A stretch of 64,000 nt of DNA from Vicugna vicugna (taxonomy: Eukaryota). Both the position numbers and the translations under genes were made by a program. The notes under the pieces are model-generated. The model had not been told where the DNA came from, ran no database searches, and saw only the letters and a list, made by a program, of their open reading frames with translations. Shown here piece after piece: positions 12,580 through 24,430 of this stretch (positions are counted from its first letter, which is position 1; each line of letters starts with the position of its first letter). The stretch is taken from the NCBI GenBank assembly GCA_013265495.1, contig MU058059.1, forward strand, positions 62,001 to 126,000, read 5' to 3'.

Positions 12580-13520
12580 TCTGTCCATGCATTCAGATAG
12601 AATCTACTCTGCTCATGGCCACAACTGGTGACTAAGGGGTCGGACAGCTACCTTCATGGAACAAATCAGCTGGTGGAATAGGCAACCCCACATAAAATAG
12701 AAGAAGCGTGAAAAGGAAACATGGATGCTATGAAAATTACTGGGAGAGACTGGACTCAAACTTGGCCAGTCAGAGGGCTTCCTGGAGGAAGTGCCACCTC
12801 AGACAAGGCTAGAAAGTTGAAAACAGGACAAGTAGGGAAGAGGGGAGCCCAGGGTGGATGGACAGAAGAGACGCAAGAGGAAGCAGCTCATGCAAAGGCC
12901 CCGGGCAGGAGAAGTGGTGCCGTGAGAAAGCGAGAAGCCCGTCACGGCGGCTGACATGCAGAGTGGACTGAAGGGGTGTCAAGAAGTGGGGCTGTGAAGG
13001 AGGGAGGTCCCCAGTTAAGTCATACTGTGTCGGTCATGGTGAGAAGCTTGGATTTTACTCCCGGGGGTAAGGAGGAGGCCTTGAAGGATTCACAAGCGGA
13101 AGATATACTGACTGCATTTGCATTTTAGACACGTCCTTTGGACTGTTACACAGAGTGAATCTAAGGGAAACCTGGGGGAAGGAAGACCACTTCAGAGGCA
13201 TTTCTCCTAGCCTCAGCGAGGAACGATGGAGGTTTAATGAGGACAGTGGCAGAGGGAGTGAAGAGAAGAGAACAGAAGTCAAATTTATAGGACACAAGTA
13301 ATTTTCCCACTCACTCATTCATCCATCCAACCAACTTTTAGGAGTCTACCTGAGAGATGTGAGGGTGAGGTAGAGGGGAAAATCAAGGTTTTCACCTGTG
13401 TTTCTGGGTTAAAAAATGGGTGGACAGTGGTCCTATTAACAGGAGTAGGAAACGCAGATTAAGGAGGCCTGCGGGAAAGCTGGTGAGCAGTTTTAGTGAT
13501 GATCGGTTTTGAGTAACACC
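12580..13520 (-). mobile_element. Degenerate L2 fragment
   Basis: gggcttcctggaggaagt...tgcaaaggcc...gcttggattttactcc...gcatttgcattttag...gtggtcctattaac, typical of reverse-strand L2. Confidence 0.55.
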
Positions 13521-15915
13521 ATTAGGCCCATCCCGCAGATGCCCTGGGGTCCTCCAGCCTGTGAGCATCAGGGAGGCATCCTTAACAGTAACAACCCGGT
13601 CTAGTGACATTCCGGTCCTCTCTCAGGTTTGTTCCTCTTCCTCTTGACTCTGACTGTCTTCAAGAGCGGGCCTCTTATGTCTTTGGGAACACAGCTGTTG
13701 GCTGCCTTCTGCTCAAGCCTCCTCACCATGTGCCAGGAAGTCCTGTGATGGCCCATCTGTGACAGTGCTGCTGCCTCCGCTGCCACTGTCCTCAGCTGAC
13801 AGCTGCTCTGTGGTCTTTGCTGTGTGTGCGTGTGTGTGTATGTGTGTAAAGAAGGCAGTAGTGTTACCTTCTCTAGATTTTCTCCAGTAATTAACTAATA
13901 CGAGGAGTTAATGTGTGAGTCTGTAAGTCACACACGCCTTCATGTGGCATCACTGAGACTGCTGGGAGGACTAGGAACTTGGCCTCTCGTCTTGAAGAGG
14001 GAGTGGGGTTGATCGCTGTAGGAAACAAGCATCGCGGAGAGGATGCTGGTCGAATACCTGGCCGATTTAAATCAGCAGGTTGGTTTCAGGTGGCAACAGT
14101 GGGTAAAAAGTCATGCTGGTGTGCACGTTTTCTTACTGTTCAAATGACAGGAGCACAAGACAAGCACTTGGTGGTGAGGCAAGTTTGCTTTCTAGTTCGT
14201 TCGTTTCTCCCAACTTGAAAGTGGACACAGGGCAACGCAAATTGCTTTGGACCAGTGATGCAGGGGAGAAGGGAAATTGGGAGAAAAAATATCAGAATTT
14301 AAGAAGCAAAAAAAAGTGCATGGGACAGGCAAGGATGGTCTGGAGTGACGAGTGTGAGAGGGAAAGGGGGGAAGAGGAAAAGAAGATGGACACCTTACAG
14401 ACCCCCAACAACCCACCGTATTTGCGCTTCCAGCAATTTCACACACGGAGAACGTGAAATTGAACATGTTTTAAAACCTTGAAGTATGAATAGGTAACAC
14501 AGGTTCTTAAAAATGAGCTGTGCTAGACTAAAACACTACGTTCCTACTTCTCATAGGTTTACTAAATTAGAGGGTTTTCAAGAGAAATGGCTAAAATTTG
14601 TAGGTGGACCGTGGGTGATATGTAAGTCGATCGGGGTCGTTAATAGTAGCTAAGTCCTTGTGCTCAAGTTTAGCAGCCCGTTTATGCTTCTAGGAAAAGC
14701 AGATACTGCGAACGACTTGGGTGGGGGGCGAGCGGAGTTCTTCCTTTTCTGTGAGAGTCTGATTGCAATGTTTAAAGATGTCCACGAAATAAAAATATCT
14801 GGTGTCAGCTCGTTTCCCACGCATAAAAACAAAATGGGAAGATTAGGTGGGAAGGGGAGAAGCATTTCCTTTCCACTTCTCCAAAATTTCCCACATACTT
14901 CGGCTGTTTTGCATAGAGCTTCTGAAATACCTTTTGAGGTCACCTACTTTGAGAGAATAGAGTCTCTGATTTTCAGGTGACATAGCAGTGAGCTCGGAAA
15001 ACATAAATGGTGTTTTTCATCTTTGCCATTCTTACAGAAGGGAAAGAGCCCCGCTCCTTCCCCAGCTTGCTGAGCTTTTGCTAGTCTCGGGTTTGTGCTA
15101 CGATCTGACTGAAATACGAATCCCCGTGTTTAACCCTGAAAAGCTACACCACAGAGAGAAAAGCCACCCTGGCAGTGGTTTCATCGCTTCTTGTTTTTAA
15201 GAGATAGTAGCCAAGGTGGCCGTGAAAGCCGTGTAGAGGTCTGGTGGGTTTTAATTCCCTGAACTTCAGCGGACAAACAAGTCCATCTCCCACAGGAACT
15301 GAGATCATTGCAGCCACGGTAAATCAAGAAAGTAATAACGAAAACGCACGTTAGTGGCATGCTGCTATTTTAAACGCAATCTTACCAAATAAAACCCACC
15401 TAAACCGAAGCTGTGGAATAATTTTAGCAATTGAAAATTACTACCTTCTCTAGAATAACATGTACTTAGAAATGCAATGACTCAGAAACCAACATGATGT
15501 ATGTATTCTGCTTTCCTTAGAGAACATTCAACATCAGTTTACAATACTTCATGCTAAATGCATTCAATAATCAGTGCTTAAATAATTTTACCTGTCTTTG
15601 CTGTATCTGCATATTCTGCTGCTTAGCCAAACTCCCTCTGCACATAGATGATAACAATATTGTTACACGGATGCCGGTTTTACTTAAAAGCTGGACTTCT
15701 CCCCCTGCCCCTCCGGTACCATAAGCAACCGAATCCAAGGAAAAGGGTGCATTGGGGGTACTCCTTATAAAATTGCTCATCCCAAACTCACAGACATCAT
15801 GAAACATGAAATAAACTCCAGCATGTTAAAAGAAAAATTATGGATTAGCAGAGAAAGCAAACACAGAGAGACTATTTATCTTCTTTTTCATAGCCCAGAA
15901 TTACCAGGAGCTTAC

Positions 15916-15966
15916 CTTATTAGCTGAAATGCCAAACAGAATGTCTTTATGGAAAATTAAGTTCAT
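15916..15966 (-). CDS. DLGAP1: DLGAP1/GKAP alternative first coding exon, MNLIFHKDILFGISANK
   Basis: ATG AAC TTA ATT TTC CAT AAA GAC ATT CTG TTT GGC ATT TCA GCT AAT AAG|GTAAGC: 17 codons, strong donor, phase 0. Matches the known short-isoform N-terminus MNLIFHKDILFGI(P/S)ANK. Too short for the supplied ORF track. Confidence 0.93.
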
Positions 15967-16300
15967 TATTCATCTCAGCTTTGATTTGGTACAATGCAGC
16001 TGAGAGCACTTAGCTTCTCCCTATGATTTGCCGATGCAAAGTGGGTGAGTGAGGCAGTAAACACAGAACTTGGGAGGCGGGGAGTGGCTGGCCCGGGCTC
16101 ACAACTCGAGACTCGCAACTTGACATTTTCATTCATATGAAAACGCTTAATGCAATCACGTCTTATCACTGAAGAATAGCTCTTAAGTGACCACTTAGTG
16201 GAGATCTTGCAGCCCATGCAGTTTTGCAGGGCGGTTGCAGCTCTAACGTCCTGCCTGTTTGCGGCCCCAGCAAGATTACATTGCTGTCTTTCCTTATCTC
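15967..16300 (-). promoter_or_regulatory. Putative internal promoter/5'UTR of the MNLIF first exon
   Basis: Non-repetitive stretch directly upstream of an alternative first exon, with a GC box (GGGAGGCGGGGAG, about 16071-16083) and local CpGs. The TSS cannot be determined from sequence. Confidence 0.5.
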
Positions 16301-17027
16301 GGTGGGTCCTTGGGCTAGTTTGCAGCATATTCGTGGATAATATATATTTTCCCACAAGGAGAAATCCACATGGGGGAGTGATTCCTGCAATTTTCTAAAA
16401 AATAAGAACCTGATGATCTCACCAGCAATGGAAAGACAGATGCATTTACAATTTTGAATATAAGTGTGCAGACTCACAGAAATTGGATACAACATTCAGG
16501 TGGCTCATAAAGGGAGAGACATCAGGGATCCGGGAGAAAAACAGCTAGAGAGATCTGCCCTCTGGATATCAGATTCTCTTTTAGAAAAAAAGTCATATTC
16601 TTTAATAATTCGTTAACTTTCTGCAAATGAATTAAACATGCTTTAGAAACTTCTGGCCAAACACTTTTTTTCTTTCTTAAAAAGTGACCTCCATAGACAA
16701 CATCCCAGAAGAACCTTATTTAAGGTGTCTCACTTCCAGATGGGAGAGGAGCGGCTGCAGCTTCCTCTCTCATGCGTTTTACTTCACAGAAGTTGAGCAG
16801 GCTGCGTGTATTAAAATCCAGCTTTACCAAGTAAAACATGCAACACAAGTCCTAGATAATGAACAGACAAGGACAGCATTCCTGAGCTAAGCAGTTTTAG
16901 CTTAAACACTTTTTAAGCCTTTCTTGACTTTGTCATCACACAAAAATCAAACCCCACATTCTCCTCTCCTGAATTAATGACAGCGTGGCTGCCTCCGATG
17001 AGAAAAAAAATAATAATTATTGATTTG

Positions 17028-17400
17028 CCTCAAAAGGTTAAACACAGAGTTACTGTATGACTCAGCAATTCCGCTCTTAGACATCTGCCCAGGAGAAAGC
17101 AAAACGTGTCCATACAAAAACTTGCACACGAATGTTCATGCACCATTTTTCACAATAGCCCCAAAGTGGAAACAACCCTAATGTCCATCAGCTGATGAAT
17201 GGATATAAAAATGTGATATAGCCATACAATGGGATATTACCTGGCCTTAAAAATCAAGTATTGACACAAGCTATAACATGGATGAATTTTGAAAACAGTA
17301 CGCTGATTGAAAGAAGCCAGTTACAAAAGATCACATCTTGTATGACTTCATTTGCATGAAATGTCCAGGTTAGACAGAATCTAGGGAGACAGAGAGTGGT
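17028..17400 (+). mobile_element. L1MB-type ORF2 end/3'UTR fragment
   Basis: ttaaacacagagttactgtatgactcagcaattcc...aatagccccaaagtggaaacaacc...gatgaatggata...gaaagaagccag. Confidence 0.75.
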
Positions 17401-17569
17401 GCAGTGAAAGGTAGAGAGAGAGAGAGGTGGGGTAAGTGGAAAGACAGTCCCATATGTGCAAAATCCTTGAGGAGTCGTGAGCTGCAGACCGACCTACAGC
17501 ACCATTTGTGCTGGTGTTTAATCAGGGCTAATTTTCAGTAAGAAAAAAACCCCAAATCAGAGGGAGTGA

Positions 17570-17640
17570 GAGCAAGAGCAAGAGGAAGAGGAGGAAGAAG
17601 AGAAGAAAGAGGAAGAGGAGGAAGAGAGGGAGAATAGAGG
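17570..17640. repeat. GA-rich low-complexity tract
   Basis: agaggaagaggaggaagaagagaagaaagagg... Confidence 0.8.
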
Positions 17641-18289
17641 TGAGACTGGGTTTGATTAGATAATGCGGAAGGGCAGAGGGCTCAGCGGGAGGGTAGGCTC
17701 ACACACCTTAGTTCTGATGACATAATATCAAATGATCGAGGTGACAGTCAAAGGAGAAAGCATTTCAAGAAGCCAAAAGAACTGAACTAGGAGAGTTCTG
17801 AAGTGCTCAAATTAAAGAAACTTTTTTCAAACAGGAGAAATGGGTTCATGATTGAGGAAGAATACAAGTAGGTGATGAGGGTCTATGAGAATGGCACCAA
17901 GAGGGCTAAAGCCCAGGATAAAACGAAGTCTGTGAAGAAAATAAATAAGTAAATAACAGAAATTAAAAAGGCCAAGGAAAGTTTAAAAAAAAGGCCCTTT
18001 ATAAAAGATATGAATTGGAACAAACAGAAGAAGAAGGACAACCCCCAGGCCTGGTCCAGATGGTGTGATGTGAACAGATGATGATGCGGGAGGAGGAAGG
18101 GGAGGAGGAGCACCGGGGATGAGGGAGGAGGAGGGAGGAGGAGGAGGACAGAACATCAGACTCTCCGACTTCACCATTTTTTCTGTCAAAGAAAATGATC
18201 TTTAAATCAGAAAGGGTAGAAGAAGCATGGCGAAGAGAAATTTCAATTCCGGGAAGACCTCTTAAGTGCAAATGACTCATACATCTGTG

Positions 18290-18620
18290 TTTTCATTCCA
18301 GATCTCCCATACGAGCTCCAGGTACTTGACAACTTCACTTAGATTCTTCACTTAGCACTTCACATGCAGCATCTTCAAAATCAAACTCATTTTCCTCCCC
18401 TCTTCCCCCCACCCCCCGTAGCTCTTCTCCAATTTCCTGCTTCAGTGAGTGGAAACACCATCTTTCATGCACGTCAGAAACATAGGTACCATTCCGGACA
18501 CTTCTTTCTTCCTGTACATCACCAAGTCCTGTAGATTTGGAATCTCTGCAGACGATCCACCTGCCTCGACATCACTGTCACCATCTGAGTCCCAGCTGCC
18601 TTTTTCTGTTACCTGGGCTG
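18290..18620 (+). mobile_element. Degenerate L2 fragment
   Basis: catcttcaaaatcaaactcattttcc...ggaaacaccatc...catcaccaagtcctgtagatt. Confidence 0.5.
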
Positions 18621-19369
18621 CTCTACTTATCTTCTAACTGGTTCTCCTTCTTCCATTTAATTTATCTTTTTACTTCCTCTAAAGGGATGTTTCCGAAGGC
18701 AAAGGGATGCAGGTGTTCAACTTTTAAACACAACCTGTTGGGCCGTGAATGATACAGTCCTGTATATCTTCCCAGGCTCACTTTGCACCACCTTGGTGAC
18801 CTATCCAGACTCGATTTCTGACCCTTTTCTTTCTTCCTGCCTTTGCGTGATTCCCCTCACTCGTTGTATAATTTATTTTAAGGCTTCCTTCAGTCCTAAT
18901 CCCAACCGTTGCTTCCTGAAAGGCTGGTTACATCAATCTGCTGTTACAGTGTCATAATCCTCTTTGTTTGTATTGAGCAAAGTGGTCAGTTGGGATAGGC
19001 TTGTCCTTATGAGTAAAACCTTCGGAAGGTGCATGGACCACTACACTCTTGGCATCTTTGAAGACACGTTCTTGGGTTGTCTCTTAGATGCATTGCATGG
19101 AGTGAAGGCAGGGAATAAACATTTTTGGTTCTGGGACCCAGCAGTGTGCTCTCAGGTGCAAAATGTTTGGGGGTAGCGCTAAGAAGTATCAGTTGCCCAT
19201 CCCCTAGAATCCAAAATGGCCTTAATCCTACGGGAGGCTGAAGGCATCCACACAGATCCTCCCAGCAGAGAGAGGGACAGCTGAGACCGCAGGCAGAGAA
19301 GAGCTTCCAGCGTACTTCAACAGTAGCCTTTGCCACAGTAGTAAATTTGTGTGATTGATTTGAGTAATG

Positions 19370-19505
19370 TTTATCTCCCCGCTGACAATAAGGCCAATAA
19401 GAGTAGGAATCATGTCTGTTTCTGGTCATCATTGAGTCCTTTGCATCTGCAGAGGGCCTGGCAACAGCAGGCATTTAATAAATATTTTTTGAATGAATAA
19501 ATGAA
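19370..19505 (+). mobile_element. L2 3' end
   Basis: cagagggcctggcaacagcaggcatttaataaatatttttgaatgaataaatgaa. Confidence 0.65.
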
Positions 19506-20619
19506 AGAGCTCTTAAATTGGCAGACTGTGGTGGGAGGGTAATGATGGCATAATTGCTGCTAGAAAAATACTTTAAAGCATGTGTTCTATGTCGGATGTC
19601 AGGGCCAGTCTTGTTTGTGAAATCTGATCATTTTATGTTGTTCCCTCGTCAACCTGTCTGTGACGTCACTGCTGCCCGAAGAGCCACTCTTAGTCAAACA
19701 CGTCCATTTTGCTTAGAAAATTAGCGTGTGGGATGTTGACTTAAAATATCATAAGATTTATTAGATTCACAATTTAATTTTCCCGATGAAGACATTTTCC
19801 TTTTTAAAAGGAGGGCTCACCTAAAAACATTAAACTTAAGGTTTTGTGCTCAGGCAGATTATATCTTCAGGTACTCAAAGAGCTTTTGGTAGGACCCCAG
19901 GATGAAGGTGGGTGCTTAAAATTTGTCAAAGTGAATGTGAGGGTGAAAGATGGAGATGGGCAAGTCTTGAATCATCGAAAAGAGAACAGCTTGGTGGGCT
20001 GAGTTTACAGAGCAGCAGCATCCTGGAACAGGCTGTTAAAAGGAGGATCTCTGAGCACCGGAAGAAGCAGCTTGGGTTTATGAAGAAGCAGTATGCTAAG
20101 ATGACTGTGTTTTATTTTTATTTTTGAAGATTTTAACTTGGTCGATAGGTAAACACATACCGCGAGCTTCCTTCTGCAAAGTCATCTTTATAGAAAGAAA
20201 ACAGGAGGAAAATATTTCTAAATGTTACCAGGACTGATTTTCACAGGAACTGAATTTTCCCACTTCTCCTCCTGGAACCCATTCCAAACAACAAAAACAA
20301 TAATACAACAAAACGAAGAGAAATATCCACAAGGAACATTTTCAGCAGAATCAGCAGAAAATCCACACGCTCCCAAGTCAGACCTAGGCTGAAAGCCAAG
20401 GGGAGAAGAGATGATAACGTGGTAGGTAAATGAGAGGTACGAACAGGACCCAGAGGAAGCAGAGCTAAAAGCTCTGTCAAATGTACACTCCCCCGAAGTG
20501 AGGACCTCCATCCAAGAGGAGAGCACTGTGGAAAAGGCTGGGACTAAGGTAGGCGGTGGAGGGTGAGTGGGCAAATCTCACTAAGGGCCAGAAAAATTCT
20601 TTCTAAAAATGACTGCATC

Positions 20620-21751
20620 GGGGGCTGGTGGTCAAGATGGCAGAGTAGAAGGAGCTGGAGCTCACCTCCTCTCACAAACACACCAAAATCACAACTAACT
20701 GCAGAACAACCATCGGTAGAACTGGAACCTGCCAGAAAAGATCTTCCCTAACTGAAGACAAAGAAGGAGCCACAAGGAGATGGGTAGGAGGGGGCTGACT
20801 CACAATGTAATCAAGCCCCAATCAAAAAATGGACAGAAGACCTAAATAGACATCTATCCAAAGAAGTCAAACAGATGGCCAACAGAACATGAAAAGATGC
20901 TCAACATCGCTAATTATTAGAGAAACGCAAATCAAAACTTCAATAAGGTAGCACCTCACACTGGTCAGAATGGCCATCATTAAAAAGCCTACGAATAACA
21001 AATGCTGGAGAGGGTGTGGAGAAAAAGGGACCTTCCTACACTGTTGGTGGGAATGTTAATTGGTGCAGCCACCATGTAGTGGAGGTTCCTTCAAAACCTT
21101 AAAATAAAGTTACCATGTGATCCAGCAACTCCATTCCTGCTTATACATCTGGAGAAAAACTCTAATTTGAAAAGATGCATGCACCCTCATGCTGACAGCA
21201 GCATTATTTACAATAGCCAAGACACAGAAACAATGTAAAGTGCACTGACAGATGACTGGATATAGATATATATATATTTTTTTTTTCACAACGGAATACT
21301 ACTCAGCCATAAAAAAGAATAAAATAATGCCCTTTGCAGCAACACGGATGGACCTAGAGGTTATCATACTAAGTGAAGTAAGTCAGACAGAGAAAGACAA
21401 ATACAATATGATATCACTTATATGTGGAATCTTAAAAAATGATAAAATGAACTTATTTACAAACCAGAAATAGACTTAGAGACATAGAAAACAAGCTATG
21501 ACTATCAAAGGGGAAAGGGGGAAGGTTAAATCAAGAGTTTGGGATTAACAGATACACACTACCATATACAAAACAGATAAACAGCAAGGACCACAGTATA
21601 GCACGGGGAACTATATTTGATATCTTGTAATAATTTATAATGGAAAAGAATCTGAAAAAATGTGTACTGAATCACTCTGCTGTACACCTGAAGCTAACAC
21701 GACATTGTAAATCAACTATACTTCAATAAAAAATTTTTTAAAAAGCTACCA
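20620..21751 (+). mobile_element. L1 with 5'UTR start fused to ORF2 end and 3'UTR (large internal deletion)
   Basis: Begins ggggctggtggtcaagatggcagagtagaagga..., switches at about 20820 to ORF2 (atcaaaaaatggacagaagacctaaatagacat) and ends gtaaatcaactatacttcaataaaaa. TSD aaaaatgactgcatc (20605-20619) / aaaaaggactgtatc (21752-21766). Confidence 0.85.
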
Positions 21752-22361
21752 AAAAAGGACTGTATCATTTCTGTCCCCATGTGACAGGCATCCTATGAGG
21801 TCATCCATGAAGTAATTGAGGAAGAAAAGAACTCGGTTTGGTCTGAGAGTCGGAAGATGTGTGAGTACTTAGGTGCATCATACTATAAAGAAACAGTTTA
21901 TAACTGTAGCAGTGGCGAAGGAAACCCTTGATTCATGAATGCCTAGAAAATGACAGCCCACCATTCCTGCCACAGGAACCCTCTTCTTATTCTCTAGGGA
22001 AATGTGACTTACTCAGATAGGAGTAACATTAAAGGAATATGCATGCAGGCACTACGGGGAATATGAAAAACAGCAGCCATAAATTTATTGTAAATAATGA
22101 AAATGCCCTGGAAAAATATGTTGCCACAAAGACAATTAAAAGTATCACCCAAATTCAAAATGGTAATTAATGAAGCAATTACAGCTATAAAGGCAGAACC
22201 CCAGAGCAGTATTACAAGAACTCGAGGAAGAAGTAAGAATAAAAGAAGGGTTGCTGGTGGGCAGCCGAAGGATATGAAATAGTCACTGACAGAATTGAGG
22301 GAAAAGAGGGTAAATGAAGAAACAAAAAGACAAAAATGAAAATAGTAAAGAAATGGTGCTG

Positions 22362-22373
22362 AAAAAAAAAAAA
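22362..22373 (+). mobile_element. Solo poly(A) retroposed insertion with perfect TSD
   Basis: aaagaaatggtgctg (22347-22361), then an A tract, then aaagaaatggtgctg (22374-22388). Confidence 0.7.
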
Positions 22374-22934
22374 AAAGAAATGGTGCTGAGATAAAAAAGA
22401 CAAAGAAGGATTAGAGAGACAAGGCAATATGGCCAACACATGCAGAGCTGTCATTCCAAAGAGGAAAGTCAAAGCAATGGAACAGAATCCTTATCTTAAA
22501 ATATAATTTAAGAAAATTCTTCTGAAATAAAACAGTCTTAACTTAAGTCTATTTAATGAAAAGGCACCCATTGTATCAGTGACAAGTTATCCAGAATGGT
22601 CAAAATAAAGAAATGTCTCAGAAGTTTTGAAAAGAATCCTTTTAGGCAGTAAGACAACAAGATAAAATGAGGTCAACTTCAGACTTACACGCAGAGACAT
22701 TAAACCTTAGTGCATAGCAGACCAGCACCTGGGATATCAAGCCAAGAAAGTGGGAGCCAAAGATTTTTCTATCTGGTTAAGCTCCCCTTCAAATGTAAAG
22801 ACTCAAGTAAAAAGAGCTTTGGATATGCCAGAATTGGGGTAATATTCAAATAGGGGTGGGGGAAATACTAGGGGATAGGCTGGAGACAGACATGACTTCA
22901 ACAGAAAAATGTCATCAAAGAACCACTGGCCAAC

Positions 22935-23580
22935 ACCCCCATGTTCACTGCAGCATTATTTACAACAGCCAATATGGAAGCAACCTAACTGTCCATCAGT
23001 GGCTGAATGGATAAAGTTAAGGTGTGGCATACATATGTGTGTGTGTTATACACACCACACACACATAGTGGAATATTACTCAGCCATAAAAATAATGAAA
23101 TATTGCCAGTTGTGACAACAACTGTGGGTGGGCCTTGTTGGCATTATGCTAAGTAAAATAAGTCAGACAGAAAGACAAATACTGTAAAATCTCACTTACA
23201 TGTGGAATCTAAAAAAAAGTCACCTCATAGATACAGAGAACAGATGGATGGTTGCTAGAAGCAGGGGATGGGGGTTGAGTGAAATGGGTGAAGGGGGTCA
23301 AAAGGTATAAACTTCCATTTATAAAATAAATAACTCCTGGGGTGTAATGTACAGCATGGTGACATTAGCACTGTATTGTATACTTGAAAGCTGCTAAGAG
23401 TGTAGATTTTAAAAAGTTCTAATCACAAGAAAAAAAGATTTTTAACTGTGTATAGTGACAGATGTTAACTAGACTTGTGGTGGTGATCATTTTGCAATAT
23501 ATACAAATATCGAGTCATCATGCTATATGCCTGAAAGTAACATAATGTTCCATGTCAATTATACCTCAATAATAATAAAC
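22935..23580 (+). mobile_element. L1MA-type 3' fragment
   Basis: atgttcactgcagcattatttacaacagcc...gaatattactcagccataaaa...gtcaattatacctcaataa. Confidence 0.8.
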
Positions 23581-23699
23581 AAAGAGCTAGTAGCCAAAAC
23601 CCATCTCAATGCATTTTAGGAGAGGTTTATCATCTTTATGAATTTAAAAAGAGTACCCTTATGATCCAATATTACATGAAGTTTCTATAGCTATATAGA

Positions 23700-24430
23700 T
23701 GTAGATACACTTTAAGAATTTTTCTGTTGCTAATTTGTTATACTTTTTTTTAATCTTTAATGGCTGTTGAATATTACAAAATGTCTTAATGTGCATATTG
23801 AGATAGTCATCTGTGTCTAGTCTCTTAATGCTGTGAATTATGTGAATATTTTTTCTAATGCTAAGGTTTCCTGTCATTACCAAAGAAATTCCATTGAGTC
23901 ATGTTAATATTTTACATTATTGATAATTACTTAATTTTACTGGAATATTTATTAAGAATTTTTTCATCGAGTTCACGAGAGAAATTGCATTGAACTTTTC
24001 CTTTCTCAGCTGACGAATTGGGCATCTTTCCTTCTGTTCAGATCTCTGGAGGAATTTTTTATATGACAGGGATTACCTTTTTCTTGTAGTTTTCATGAAA
24101 CTATTTGGGTCTGGTCTTTTTTTTTTCTGAGTAAATTTTAAATGAATGTATCAATTTCTTAAGTTTTTATGGAGGTATTCAGGGTTCTTGTTTTCACTGA
24201 GTTTTGAAGAATTTATTTTTCTAAGAAATTATCCACTGAAGTTTTCAATATATTGGTATAAAATCTATTTATTTTCTATTCTTATGATAGATTTAATAGC
24301 TTTTGTACATTTATTCATGTTCCTTTCTTCATTTCTAATAATGTTTCTATTATGCTTTCTTTTTCTCTCTTTGGTAAGTTTGTTCAGAGGTTTCTTGACA
24401 TTACAGTATTTTCAAAGAACAGCAACAACA
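23700..24430 (-). mobile_element. Old L1 (L1M) fragments
   Basis: T-rich sequence with decayed reverse-L1 motifs (gctgttgaatatt, atttattaagaatttt, ttttcaaagaac). Confidence 0.45.

Noticed and set aside
21252..21473. ORF with similarity to the L1 ORF2 C-terminus (EYYSAIKKNKIMPFAAT...)
   Set aside because: Part of a disrupted L1 remnant, not a host gene.
21780..22900. A-rich stretch possibly derived from an ancient L1 ORF1/HAL1
   Set aside because: Too degenerate to assign by eye.
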